Assembly: GCF_009914755.1 (NCBI RefSeq)
Contig: NC_060931.1
Direction: 5' to 3' (one strand)
Origin: the human T2T-CHM13v2.0 reference genome, Homo sapiens
Length of the DNA stretch: 64,000 nucleotides
A program made the translations under genes and the position numbers. The notes under the pieces were generated by a model that made no database searches, had not been told where the DNA came from, and saw only the letters and a program-made list of their open reading frames with translations. Shown one piece after another: positions 13,871 through 29,340 of the stretch (the stretch's first letter is position 1; every line of letters begins with the position of its first letter).

Positions 13871-16106
13871 TCAATGCCTCCTGAGTAGAGGACTAAGAGT
13901 CAGGCACCCAGGACTCCGTACCAGCTCTGCAGCAGGACTGATGAGCTATTTCTAAAAGAACTGACCCTGCGGTTCAGGAAGACAAGCAGAGTCACAGGGG
14001 AAGCAGAAAAGTGCAGCCAACCACACCCACTCTCCCTAAAGTGAGTCAGAAATGGAAGGTTCAAGAAACTCACCTGTGTAAACCACAAGGAAAAGAGAAA
14101 ACTGAAGAAAGAAGAAAACTCAAGGTCATCTGAGCCAGTAAATATCACACTACAGATTTCCGAGACAAGTCAGACCTGACCCCACATTTTGGGAACTAGC
14201 TTAAGAACAGGGCTGCCATCTTTATTTTACCAAATATGAACATGAAACAGATCTACCAGTTACCCCCATGAGTGGCTCTATCCAGCCACCATTTGCTGTG
14301 TGCCTTCCTCCTCGTGGGCTGTTGTTCCCTGCTCTCCCCTGGACTGCCTCATCCCTGAAGGCTGATTTCCCCAGAGTTCCACCCTCAGCCTCTTTTCAGG
14401 CCTCAGACGCTACCTCAGATCTGATCCACTCCTGGGGCTGCAACTACAACATACACCGCCCAATATCTCCCAAACCAGCCCAGCGCATTGGGGCCCTGGC
14501 CTTCCTCCCAAGCTTCTGACCTGAACAGCTGCCTCCTGGGCATGCTTCCAAACTAAAACCCTCTCTTGCTCTCTCAGTGAACAACACCCAGGCCACCGCA
14601 GGAACAGAGACTGAAGAGTCGTCACCTCTCACATATCCTCTCATCACACCGTCACCAGCTATCCCAAATTTCTCACACACATAGCCCTTGGAAAGCTCTA
14701 ATCTAGATACTTCCAGACAGCTGCTTCCTAGAGGCATTTCCCAGTCACCCTGCATCTAGACAGGGTCACGAGACAGCTTCTGGTCAATGGGATGTGGGTG
14801 AAAGGAAATCCACCACTTCTAGACCTGGCCCACAAAAACCTCCCATGCATCCCTCTTTTCGATCAGCCCCCTCGAACTTGATAACCTAGGCTGGCCTCAA
14901 GAGCCATGTGCTGAGGGGCACAGAGCGGAGGTCAGTCAGCCTGCATCCCTGAATGACTGTATGGATCAAGGCCCCCACCCCATGCTCACTACTGGGCCTG
15001 ACATGAGCAAGAAATATCTACTCTATTAAGACAAACATACACACACACACACAAAACAGGGAGCAAGCAAGAAAGGAGGGAGCAGGGGAGGAAGGAATTC
15101 TCCTTGATGACTAGCTTCCCAGTGGTTCCCCCACAACATCCTCCCTTAAATTGGCACCCACACCACTACCTTAGACTTCCTAAAACGCAAACCTGATGGT
15201 TGCTCTCTCCTGCCATTTTACCCGCCCCATCACCTCCAGGGTGAGGCCCAAATTCTTTAGCATAAACCTCAGCAATCCCTTCCACACATCCCACTGGCCA
15301 CATGCTATGCACAGAACATGGACGCTAAGTGCTGGGGAGACAGCTGGAGCCTCTGCCCTCAGGGAGTTTCTATTCTACTGGCAGCTGGGTGCCATGAGGA
15401 AAATAAACAGTTCCCTGTGACCAAGAGTAAGGGGAGGAAAAATCCTCAAATGGGATGTGATCTTTAGGTTGAGGCCTGAAGGATTAACAAATAGGGCCAA
15501 CCAAGAGCAAGAAGGGCATTCCAGGCAGAGCAAAGACTCCCAGAAATGCCCAGGCTCCCAGAAATGCCCGGGGGGGGGGGGTGTTCCAGTCACAGAAGGG
15601 TCCTGGGTGGGCAGGGACCAGTGCCCCAGGACCTTGTGGGCGATGGCAGGGAGTCTGCATTTTCCAGTTTGTAAGCAGATTAATAGGGTTGAACTGGGTT
15701 TAAAGATCTCTACCAGCTGCTGGGCAGAGAAAACCTTCATTGTCTGGCCTCAAAGCTGGCAAGGGGCGACCCGCGGCGTCGTGGAGTTCCCCTAAGCCGC
15801 CGCCTCCCTCCCTCCCCACCCCACACGGCCACACCCGGGTGTTCCACCCGGCACTACCATGCTCTATGTAAATCACTCTCTCCCCCCAGGCGTCTAGAGG
15901 ACCCCACTCGACCCTGAGTCCCTCGCACTGTGCCAGGTACTCCGCAGGTGCTCATTAAACGCTCGCTTTAGTGAATGACGGTGCGAGGTCAGGGCAGAGC
16001 CACCGAATTGTCTGCTCAAACTTCAAGTAGGACCCCCAAGCGGGCTGGAAGTGCGTGGGGGCGCGCGGGACCTCCGCCCGCCGTCGCTCCCGGCGCGGCG
16101 CCTTAC

Positions 16107-16432
16107 CCGGCTCTCAGGAACTTGCAGGCGCCGTAGACCATGAACCTGCAGAGGTGGAGCTGCGCGCAGAGCCCCACGCAGCCCGGCTTGGAGCCCTGGT
16201 GCGCGCGACACAGGCGCAGCGGCGAGGCGGCCAGCACCACGCGCTCCGGGGCCGCGGCTGCGCCGCCCGCCCGCACCGCCACCACGAAGCGCCCACGCTG
16301 CCGCAGCAGCCGCTCCAGCGCGTCGGCGCTCAAGCCCATCCGCAAGCGGCGCCGCAGCTCGGGCAACTCCAGGGCGCCCCCGGCCGCGCACAGCACCTGG
16401 GTGACCTCACCGACGACGCCGGCCTGGGCCAT
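16107..16432 (-). CDS. PARP12: PARP12 coding exon 1 (MAQAGVVGEVTQVLCAAGGALELPELRRRL...CRAHQGSKPGCVGLCAQLHLCRFMVYGACKFLRAG); ZAP-family mono-ADP-ribosyltransferase
   Basis: ATG in strong Kozak context (GCGGCCATGG) at 16432; donor CGG|GTAAGG 16106-16105; 326 nt; exons 1-5 join in frame (986 nt) into the recognisable PARP12 N-terminus. Confidence 0.97.
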
Positions 16433-16530
16433 GGCCGCTGGGCCTGCTCCCGTCGGACCGCGGGTGGCGCGACGCGGACGGCGGCGGACGCTGGCTGGCG
16501 GGCGGCTCTCGCAGGGTGGAGACGCCGGCG

Positions 16531-16547
16531 GGAAACGAAACCGAAAG
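16531..16547 (+). promoter_or_regulatory. ISRE/IRF element (GGAAACGAAACCGAAAG) ~100 bp upstream of the PARP12 ATG
   Basis: Three tandem GAAA cores including a GAAANNGAAA at 16537-16546; PARP12 is a known interferon-stimulated gene. Confidence 0.8.
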
Positions 16548-17091
16548 CGGCCCCGGGCCGGCGAAAAACAGAACCTGTGCGCCCTCGCCACGCCCCCGGT
16601 CCGCAGCTGAGCGGCTGCGCCTTCCGCCTCAGGGCCCCCAGCTGTGAGGCCGCCGCCCGACGGAAGCTCGGGAGCTCTTGAGCTCGGGCGTTCGGCCCGG
16701 AGCGCGGGCTGTGGCTGTGGCGGCTCGCGGGGGTCAGTACCTAGTCCCTGAAAATGGCTTCCCTGGATGTTTGAGGGACCAGGAGCCCCTAATGCCGCGA
16801 TGCTCAGCGCGCCTTCAGTCAGAGGGAGCCTCGAGGGCGGCGGCAGCGCTGGCGGAGCCGGCTGGACGCCGCCGGTTAAAGCCGCTCAGCGTCGCCCAGG
16901 CCAAGCCCGGGCTTCGTAGACGGCTCACAGAAACAGGGACAACTGACGGGAGCTCTCACCCCTCGAACAAGTGACAAAAGCGATCACTCCGCATAGAAGA
17001 CGCACTTAATTAAAGGTTCCTTTCGCCTCGGTGCATCAATGAGTTCCTTCATTTAAACATAAAAGGGTATGTCCTTTAAAAGAGCAAATCC

Positions 17092-17176
17092 GTGAGCCGA
17101 GATTGCGCGACTGCACTCCAGCCTGGGCGACAGAGCGAGACTCCGTCTCAAAAAATAAAATAAAATAAAATAAAAT
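17092..17176 (+). mobile_element. Severely 5'-truncated young Alu (3' ~60 bp plus (TAAAA)n tail)
   Basis: gtgagccgagattgcgcgactgcactccagcctgggcgacagagcgagactccgtctc; flanking aaatccgt repeat. Confidence 0.85.
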
Positions 17177-17852
17177 CCGTTACTCCCAGCCCCTGCTAAG
17201 TAACGATTGAACAAATATTTTAGAAGACCCTTCAGAGCAAAGGACCCTCTCACACGCTGAGAGCAATGCGAGTTGTTAGAGCCCTTTGAGGAGGTAATCC
17301 AGGAATAGCTATTAAAATTGAAAACGCGTGTGACCTTTGACCCAGCAATCTTTCCTCTCGGAATCTTCCAGAAGTAAAAGGAACAGTAAATAAGTTATGT
17401 GTGAAAGTGTTACTGGGGGAACCCTACCTGGGAGGTAGGGTTACGTGGGAACAGTGTGGTTGATCTTTAAAGACTATTACGAAGGCTGTTTAACAAGCAT
17501 GCGTTAGAGCTCCGTGTGCGGATGTAGAGGGGCAGACAGCCATGATGTGGTGGTAAACGAGAAAAGATGGCTGTACAGAAATGTCTAAATAATCAAGTTG
17601 AATGATCAAGAATTAATTTTTTTAAATGTCTGAATAACAAAAAGAGAAGCCTATGTGTGTGTGTGTGGCAGGATATTTTTGAATAAGCACGGAGAAAGAT
17701 GAAGAAACACACAAGGGTAGTTGAGAGGAGGCAGTAGGAGGTATTAGGAAAATGGAAAAGGGAAGATGAGAGGCAGAAGGATTGTGGGGGGAGAGTACTT
17801 ACGGTATACGGTATAACATTCACTAAAAATGAATATAAAAATCTTAACTATA

Positions 17853-18149
17853 GGCCAGGCACAGTGGCTCACGCCTGTAATCCCAGCACTTTGGGAGGTC
17901 AAGGCGGGCGGATCACTTGAGGTCAGTAGTTTGAGACCAGCCTGGCCAACGTGGTGAAACCCCGTCTCTGCTAAAAACGTAAAAATTAGCCGGGCGTGGT
18001 AACGGGCGCCAGTAATCCCAGCTACTCGGGAGACAGGCAGGAGAATCGCTTGAATCCGGGAGGCAGAGATTGCAGTGAGCGGAGATCATGACACTGCACT
18101 CCAGCCTGGGCGACAGAGTGAGACTCCATCTTTAAAAAAAAAAAAAAAA
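17853..18149 (+). mobile_element. Alu (AluS-like)
   Basis: Full Alu with A tail. Confidence 0.92.
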
Positions 18150-18314
18150 TTACCTGTACTATTACTACAAAAATGTAAATAATAAGTGTATGGATAAAGA
18201 CTAGATAGTAACATGGACAAATGAAAATGAATTTATTTAATTAGGAAATTGAATGAAGGGTTTTCTCTTGGATTTTAATTGTGATTTTAATGTTTTCATT
18301 GTATAAAATGTTAA

Positions 18315-18615
18315 TTTTGTTTTTGTTATTGTTTTAGAGACAAGGTCTTGGTCTGTCACCCAGGCTGTAGTATAATGGTACAGTCATAGCTCACTACAAC
18401 CTGGAACTTCTGGGCTCAAGCGAACCTTCCACCTTAGCCTCCCAAGTAGCTGGGCCTAGAGGCACGTGCCACCATGCCCAGATAATTTTTATATTTTTTT
18501 GTAGAGACACTGTCTCATTTGTTGCCCAGGCTGATCTTGAACTCCTGGCCTCAAGCAGTCCTCCCACCTCAGATTCCTAAAGTGCTGGGATTACAGTGAG
18601 CCACCACGCCTAGCC
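18315..18615 (-). mobile_element. Alu (AluJ-like)
   Basis: Reverse Alu; TSD taaaatgttaatttt. Confidence 0.88.
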
Positions 18616-18632
18616 TAAAATGTTAATTTTTA

Positions 18633-18986
<354 letters not shown>

Positions 18987-19936
18987 TTAAAAAAGAAAGG
19001 AAGAGTGATGTCAGTGAAAATGGTGGATTAAGTATCCCAGCAAGTTTGCCCTTCCATAAAGGAAGCAAGGAAAGAACTGACAAAAATTGTCAGAATCAAC
19101 TTTCTTAGAGCCCTAGAAATTAGTCACAGGTTTGCAGCAACCCATCTGGCATTTAGTCAGGAAAAACAGCAAACTCTCAGTAAGAACAGCAATATTTATA
19201 GTATTTTAATTTACCCTAGTCCTATCGCACCCCCATCTCTAGTTCCATGGCAGCCTTGAAAACTTACAGCCCACGTTCCTAGTACCTGTACCAGAGGGAG
19301 GAGACAGGGCTGGAGCTACTTCAAAGTCTCATTCCCAAAGAAGAGTCATTATTTAACCTATCTAGTGGGTCCCTGGAAAAAAATCCTGAAAAGGGTTGTC
19401 TTTATTCAACCTCTTTGGAACTAGCTCAGTCCTAAAGGTTTTTCCACCTGAAGAGGGAGTGATTTGTCAAATATTTTAACATTGTAACTGGCTGAGGCAA
19501 TAGGTAACGGTAGGGGCAAACAATAGACTAACAAAGAAATGTAAAAGGAAACGTTGAAGGAAGAGATGTCCATAGGGGCTTTGAAAAGCTCCAGTATATT
19601 TTCAGGAATTTAGAAGGCCATGTGCATGTGTAGGGCTGTGCACATGCTCTGTTAACACCTGAGAAGATCCTAACCTCTCACTACTAGCTGACACTGAGGC
19701 TCTGTGCTAGCAGGAAATAAAAGCTATGCAGAGTTGCAAACTGCCTAATGAAAATTGAAGACATACCCCAAAGTGCATACAGAGCCCCTTGGCAAAGACT
19801 AGGAGACATATTGGTTCCAGGTGTTTAAGGAAATCTCCATCTAATCATTAGTTGACCAAGTAGAGACTTCAATAGTCACACACAATGAAGATACACACTT
19901 TAAAAAATTAGTTCAAAAAAGTTACTAAACAGCAAC

Positions 19937-19981
19937 TATTAGGTTGGTGCAAACCGCAATTATTTTTGCACCAACCTAATA
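19937..19981. mobile_element. Internally deleted MADE1 (Hsmar1-derived MITE) palindrome
   Basis: TA-TTAGGTTGGTGCAAA...TTTGCACCAACCTAA-TA; 17-bp perfect inverted arms including the TA TSDs. Confidence 0.9.
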
Positions 19982-21356
19982 CTAAAATAAGCACAATCAA
20001 ACCCTGAGGAGAGAGGAGTATCTGACTTTGAGAGTTGGCACATTGTTTGAAATGTCCAATTTTCAACTAAAAATTATGTGACTTGCAAAGAAACAAGAAA
20101 GTAAGACCCATACAAAGGAAATAAGAGCAATCAATAAAAACTGTTCCTAAGAAAACCCAGATGCTGAACTTTGTAGACAAAGAGTGTAAATCAGCTATTT
20201 TTGATATGTTCACAGAGCTAAAGGAAACCATCTCTAAAAATGTAAAAGAAAGGATGAGAATGATGCCTTGCCAAACAGAATATTAATAAAGACACAGAAA
20301 TTATAATAAGGAACCAATAAAGGTTCTGGAGCCAAAAAGTACAATAACTGAAATGTTAAATTCACTAGAAGGGTTCAGCAGCAGATTTGAGCATGCGAAA
20401 GAAAAAAAAAATCAGCAAACTTGAAGATAGATCAATTGATGATTATCTGGTCTGTGGAACAGAAACGAAAAAGAAAAATGAAAAGAGCCTCAGAGACCTG
20501 TGGGACACCATCAGATATACCAATAACACAAAATGGAAGTCTTAGAAGGAGAAGAGAGAGAGAGAAAGGAAAGCGAGAATATATGAAGAAATTTTGGCTA
20601 AAATTTCTCAGATTTGATGAAAAACATTAATCTACACATCCAAGAAGCTTAATGAATTCCAAGTAGGAAAAACTCAAATAGATCTACACCTAGACACATC
20701 ATAATCAAACTTTTGAAAACAAAGAGAATCTTGAAAGCAGCAAGAAAGTAGCAACTCATCATGCACAAGGAATCAACAATAAAATAAAAACAGTTAACTT
20801 CTCATCAAAAACCATGCATGCAGAGGGTAGTGTGATGATGTATTCAAAATGTGAAAAGAATCAACCAAGAATTTTATATCCAGCAAAACTATCTTTCAGA
20901 AATGAAGGAGAAATTAAGATATTCCCAGATAAACTAAAGCTGAGCCCGTTAGTTGCTAGCACTGGGAGAAACACTAAAGAGAGTCGTTTGGGCTGAAAGT
21001 GAAAGACACTAAACAGCAACTGGAATTCTCATGAAGAAAGAAAAGCACCAGTAAAGGTAACTACACAGGTAAATGAAAAAGACAGTATAAACGTATTTTT
21101 TGTTTGTAACCCCCATCATCTGATTTAAGACAACTACATAATGCAGTAATTACAAATATAAGTTGATGGACAATGTTTTGAAGATGTAATTTGTGACAAT
21201 AACAGCAGAAGGAAATGGGGAAGGAAAGTGAAGCCATAGAGAAGCAGTTTTTATATTCTGTGGAAATTAAATTGGTATTAATCCAAACTGGATTTTTATA
21301 AATTAAGATGTTGCTGGTAATTCCTAGTGCAACCAATAACCAATAAAATACATGAG

Positions 21357-21670
21357 GCCGGACACAGTGGCTCACGCCTGTAATCCCTGCATTTTGGGAG
21401 GCCGAGGCGGGTGGATCACCTGAGGTCAGGAGTTCGAGACCAGCCTGGCCAACATGGTGAAACCCCATCTCTACTAAAAATACAAAAAATTAGCCAGGTG
21501 TGGTGGCAGGCACCTGTAATCCCAGCTACTCAGGAGGCTGAGGCAGGAGAATCGCTTGAACCCAGGAGGTGGAGGTTATAGTGAGCCAAGATCGTATCAC
21601 TGCACTCCAGCCTGGGCAACAGAGTGAGACTCCATCTCAATAAAAAAAAAGAAAGAAAGAAAAAAAAAGA
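21357..21670 (+). mobile_element. Alu (AluSx-like) within L1M
   Basis: Full Alu. Confidence 0.92.
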
Positions 21671-22974
21671 AATGATAAGATAATTTAAGTGGCACACTGG
21701 CAAATATCTATTTAATACAAAAGAAGGCAGTACTAGAGGAGTTGAAAAACAAAAAAAAAGACAAAAGACGTAGAAAAAATAGAAAAATGGCAGACAAATC
21801 CTACCTTATTAGTAATTACATTAAATGTAAATGGATTAAGCTTTCCAATTAAAAAATAGAGATGGGCATAATGGACCAAAACAAACAACAAAAATAGAAA
21901 ACATGACCTAACTGTATGCTGCATTCAAAAGATACATTTTGGATTCAAAGACAAACAGATTGAAAGTAAAAGGATGGAAAAAATATACCATACAAATGGT
22001 AACCAAAAGAGGGCCGGAGTGGTTATACTAATGTCAGACAAAATAGACATAAGATAAAAATTCTTACTAGAGATAAAGAAGGACATTTTATAATGATCAA
22101 AGAATCTACCAAAAATATATAATAAATATAAATTAAATGCACTTAACAACAGAGTCCCAAAACACATGAAGCAAAAACTGACAGAACTGAAGGAAGAAAT
22201 AGACAATTCAACAATAATAGTTGGAGGCTTTAATATCTACTTTCAATAATGAATAAAAAACCAGACAAAATATCAGCAAGGATATAGAAGGGCAATACTA
22301 TAATCCAAGTAGACCTGAAAGACATCTATAGAACTCTTCACCCAACAAGAGCAGAACACATATTCTTCTCAAGTGTACATGGAAAATACTCCAGGATATA
22401 CCAGATGCTAGGCTATAAAACAAGTCTCAAGAATCGTAAAATAAATTATATGAAGTATGTTCTCTTGCCATAATGGAATAAAAGTAGAAGTCAATAACAG
22501 AAATTTGAAAAATTCACAAATATGTAAAATTAGAAAATATACTTCTAAATAATAAGTCAAATAAGAAATCACAAGAGAAATTAGAAAATATTTTTGAGAT
22601 AGATGAAAATGAAAACAAATTTATGAGATGTAGTGAAAGCATTGTTTCAAGGAAAATATGTCTCTGTGAATGCCTACATGAAAAAGGATCTCAAATCAAT
22701 ATCCTAACATTCCATCTTAGAAACTAGAAAAATAAGAGCAAACTAAGCCCAAAAGGAAGGAAATAATAAAGATTAGAGTAGAAACACAATAGAGAATTTA
22801 AAAAGAATACAAAGAATAAAACCAAAAGTTGGTTCTTTGATAAGATAGAAAATTTATAATTCTTTGCCTACAGTGACCAAAAAAAGAAAAAAGAAGAAGA
22901 CTAAAATTACTAACATCAGGAATAAAAGAGGAGTCATTACTACTGACTTTACAGAAATAGAAAGGATTATCAAG

Positions 22975-23835
<861 letters not shown>

Positions 23836-24219
23836 TAGGTTATAAAGGATTTTAAGGCAGAAAGATAGTTAGAAGATACCTATAAAAACATACAAGTGGA
23901 AAAATACCCAGAAGACATTGGATCTGTGAGTCTGACATTTATAGAAGACGTCAGTACTAGAGTTACGAACATACAGATGGTATTTAAACCTACGGGACTG
24001 GATGAGACCACCCTAGAAGAGAGTGTAAATGAGAACTCCAAGGACCTGCCCCTCTGAAAGAGAAGGAGGAGACTGATAGAGCTAAGGTTTAAAGGAGAAG
24101 GCAGTGGGGTAGGAGGAAAACCAGAAGAATATGGAGTCATAAACTTAAGTTTTTCAATAGGAAGGGATGATCAGCTACATTGAGTGCACTATCAAGAGAT
24201 CAAATAAAGATAGAGAAAT

Positions 24220-25335
24220 GTTTTGTCTGTGCCACATAATAACCACCCTAAAACTTAGTGACTAAAAATAATAATGATTTATTTTTCATGATTCTGTGTG
24301 TTAACTGGGCTCAGCTGGGCAGTTCTTCTGCCTCATATGGTATAGCAAAAGTCACTCCAGTGGCTACATTCAGCTGGCAACTCAGCTGCAGTTAGAACCT
24401 TCAAGATGGTCTCTCATCCTGCAATCTCTCTGTGTGTGGCTCTCATTATTTAGTATTCTATCCTGAGCTGCTTTATAGGGTGTTAGGTAGCTCCCAAGAG
24501 AACAAGCCCCACTATGCAAGCATTTATCAAGATTCTCCCATTTTTCATGCCAGCTCTTAGAGTCATCCTTTTCCTACAAGAAATGGCTCATATTGGCGGT
24601 TGAGTAGATTTCTCAGCCTGCTTCCTGCCCATAGAAAATTGGGAGCAAATTTTTCTTTATTTTGGAACTGTCTGTATCCCTTCTTTTCCAAGTTGGTACA
24701 ACTTGGAATGCCATTAAGATTCCTAGAAAGGAAAGTCCTTCAGCTGAAAAGTCTATAAAATACCACCTTAAATCTTTCTGATGTCTTCAAGGGTGTGATA
24801 GCTGCACCCTTCATTTGATCTTGAATGTCAGGCCACATTTTACTGGCAGGCCCTGAACTTGATCTTTTCCAAGGTCACTTCTTACTTTTTTTGCCAGCCA
24901 GAGGGGTAGGAATAAAAATAGTTTTATTTTCTAACCTAGCAAGTGCTGGAAATATTTTTTCTAAATTCTGCTTAAAAACCAAACAGTTATTTCCGTAACA
25001 TCTCTTTCTTGCAATTGTTTTATTCTGCTTTAAGCCCAATTTCTAGGCAATTGTCTTATTCTGCTTTAAGCCTAAAAATCTTTTTAGCCAGATCCACAAG
25101 TTTCTCTGCAACATTTTCCATCTTCCAGGTTAACAAAGGTGACAGTCTCTGTAACAAAGGCCCCCTTTCTCAGCTTGCAATAAAAGGTTCGTGACTGCTA
25201 TTCCACCCTCCACCGGCAGTTCCCTGGCCACCCTTCAGGTTTCTGCCTACAGCCCAGTCCTAAAACCAGTGTCACATATTGTAGGTTTTTGTTACATCAG
25301 CTCGCCTCTTCCAGTTGCCAACTTCTGCTTCAGTT
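24220..25335. mobile_element. Degenerate MaLR (MLT1-like LTR/internal) sequence
   Basis: ataataaccaccctaaaacttagtgactaaaa...ctgggctcagctgggcagttcttctg. Confidence 0.5.
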
Positions 25336-25423
25336 AGTAGTAAGTTTTTCTGCAAAGGGAAGCAGGGTAAGGTGGTGGGAATAACTGATGAGAGGGGTAT
25401 GTGAAGTCAAGGATTTGTTTATC

Positions 25424-25771
<348 letters not shown>

Positions 25772-26019
25772 TAGTTTCATTCTGCTGGAAATGATCTAGT
25801 GGGGACATTGTTGATGTTAGGTGAGGGGGTAACTGCAGCAACAAAGAGGGAACATACTGCCCATAAACTGGGGGATTCATGTTGGTAGAGACAAGGACCT
25901 GCCCTCCTGTTGGTAGGGACCTGTGTTTTTCATAACGCAGGTAAGACAGAAAGGAAGGGTGTAGCATTTGTGAGTAGGTTTGTATCTAGCCTTGCGGTAA
26001 GATGAGGGAAGGCCTTTAC

Positions 26020-26405
26020 ATTTGGTTAAATAGTGTTCCCCCCAAAATTCCTCCACCCAAAATTCATGTCCATCCAGAACCTATGAATGTGACCTTATTT
26101 GTAAGCAGAGTCTTTGCAGGTATAATCAAGTTAAGGTGAGGTCATCCTGTATTAGGGTGAACCCTAATCCAATGATAGGTGCCTTAGAAGAAGAAAGAAA
26201 TTTGGGCACAGAGATAGGCACACAGGACGAAGGACAGGTGACAACAGAGGCAGAGATTGGAACGATGCATATAAATCAAGGAACATGACTGATCAATGGC
26301 AGTCACCAGAAGCTGGCATAGGTGAGGAAGGATTCTCCCCTGGAGACTTCAGAGGAAGACTGGCCCTACTGACACCTTGATTTTGGACTTCTAGCCCCCA
26401 GAACT
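26020..26405 (+). mobile_element. MLT1-type LTR (terminal piece resumes ~26953-26977)
   Basis: ccccaaaattcatgtcc...gtgaccttatttg...ttggacttctagcccccagaact. Confidence 0.7.
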
Positions 26406-26407
26406 TC

Positions 26408-26600
26408 CTTAGTATATATATATATAGTGTATTAATATATTTTATATATATATACTTAGTATATATATACACATATGTTAATACTTAATAAAAGTATATA
26501 TAAAAGTTAATACTTTTATACATATATGTATATATACATATATAAATACTTAATAAAAGTATAATATATGAATGTTAATACTTTATATTATATATATAAA
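26408..26600. repeat. AT-rich (TA)n-based complex repeat
   Basis: Interrupted (TA)n with repeated gttaatactt/aatacttaataaaagtat units. Confidence 0.85.
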
Positions 26601-26953
26601 AGTCACAAGGTCCCACAGTAGGCTGTCTGCAAGCTTGAGGAGCAAGGAGAGCCAGTTTGAGTCCCAAAACTGAAGAACCTGGAGTCCGATGCTTGAGGGC
26701 AGGAAGCATCCAGCACGGGAGAAAGATGTAGGCTGAGAGGCTAGGCCAGTCTCGCCTTTTCACGTTTTTCTGCCTGCTTTATGTTCACTGGCAGCTGATT
26801 AGATGGTGCCCACCAGATTAAGGGTGGGTCTGCCTTTCCCATGCCACTGACTCAAATGTTAATCTCCTTTGGCAACACCCTCACAGACACAACCAGGATT
26901 AATACTTTGCATCCTTCAATCCAGTCAAGTTGACACTCAGTATTAACCATCAT
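26600..26953 (-). mobile_element. MLT2A-like ERVL LTR
   Basis: Ends ...caagttgacactcagtattaaccatca (reverse complement of the MLT2A start); ggaagcatccagcacgggagaaagatgtaggctg. Confidence 0.8.
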
Positions 26954-28216
26954 AGCAGCCTTAGGTAACTAATTCAGCTTTCTGTTTTCTCGGTGAGATG
27001 TGAAGGAAGATCACCAGCCGAAGGTGGGGCTACAGTAAGGGGTAGGAAAGGGGAAGAAGATATGATCCAGTTGTCTCCTATGAAAAGACCAATTCTGCCA
27101 GCAAAACGTAGGATTACCAGACAATGGTAAGTCCCATTTAAGTTTGAAGATCATACATTAAAGTTAAAGCAGTCAGCCAATTATGTGATTCGTGTTTTTT
27201 CCCAACAGAGGTCAATTGCCTCTGAGTTGCAAAGAAATTAGGTTCAACATGGATTGGGGTTCTGGCTTTTGCATTCAGTGGAGGGAGACCAAGGCATGTT
27301 TTGAGGGCCTTTGCAAAGGGGCAATTGTTTTAGTAGATTATGGAACCAATCTGGGCATGGAAAGGAAAGAGAAGGCAAAGAAAGTATAAGAGACAGTGTG
27401 AAAGGTCAGGGATTGGAAATCTGAAATAAATCAAAATGTATTTGCAGTGGTACAGAAAAGCTAAGGAAGACACAATACATAATAAATTAATACAAAACAA
27501 ATACATTGTTTATTAAGAAAATTATACTAATAACAATGAGGACATATAAAGTAAAAGAGTTTGGAGGATAGAAGATGGTGAGCAGAGAGGTTATTTGAAA
27601 TGTGGTAAGGGTTTGCTTATGAGGAAATTAAATCATATTTAAGGAGTGAATCTGTTGTTTCAAAAATGTCCCTGTGCTGTTTATGGAAAGACAGCAGTCA
27701 CTTTGGGGCACACCTTATTTGTTCTGGGGGGAATCACTGTGGAACCTCTCTTTACTATGTATTATGTGCCTTGTGTATTAGTACATATGCTGCTTTTCCA
27801 ATCTCAGAGACAAGTGGATCATATCTTCTCCTGAGCGCTGAATTCGTCTCCTAGGGCTGCCATAACAAATGTGGGAGTCTATTGTCTGAACGATCACAAA
27901 ACAAGACCTTGTCATTTTGTAGCTTGACCACGACTGCCCTCCTAGTATCTCACATTGTACAGGGCTGGTCTCTGAGGAAGAGGGGGGATCAGTTTTAACA
28001 GGGGATAAGGAGCAAAGAGAGAAGCATGCTTCCTTTCTGTTTCAGGTCCAGTTTCTAAAGCTGACTTTGAGATGTTGATTCTTGTGCAAGTTCTTTATTA
28101 AGGAAGTGCTCCCAGGAGAAGCTGGTGTAAGAGTGGGAGAAGCCAGGGAGGGAACAGGGAGAAGACAAGCAACGTCCCTGCCTCAACCTGAACACAAAGG
28201 GGACCTCTGGAATGTA

Positions 28217-29340
<1,124 letters not shown>

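Larger units (their letters stand above)
15760..17040. promoter_or_regulatory. PARP12: CpG island / PARP12 promoter and first exon
   Basis: Very high GC and CpG density spanning exon 1 and ~600 bp upstream. Confidence 0.9.

Noticed and set aside
16433-16591. 53-codon in-frame N-terminal extension of PARP12 from a GTG
   Set aside because: Runs through the ISRE/probable TSS zone; GC-rich frames are often open; the ATG at 16432 has optimal Kozak context
16055-16681. 208-aa and 156-aa + strand ORFs and other overlapping ORFs across PARP12 exon 1
   Set aside because: Stop-poor shadow frames in very GC-rich CpG-island sequence; low-complexity R/A/P/G composition
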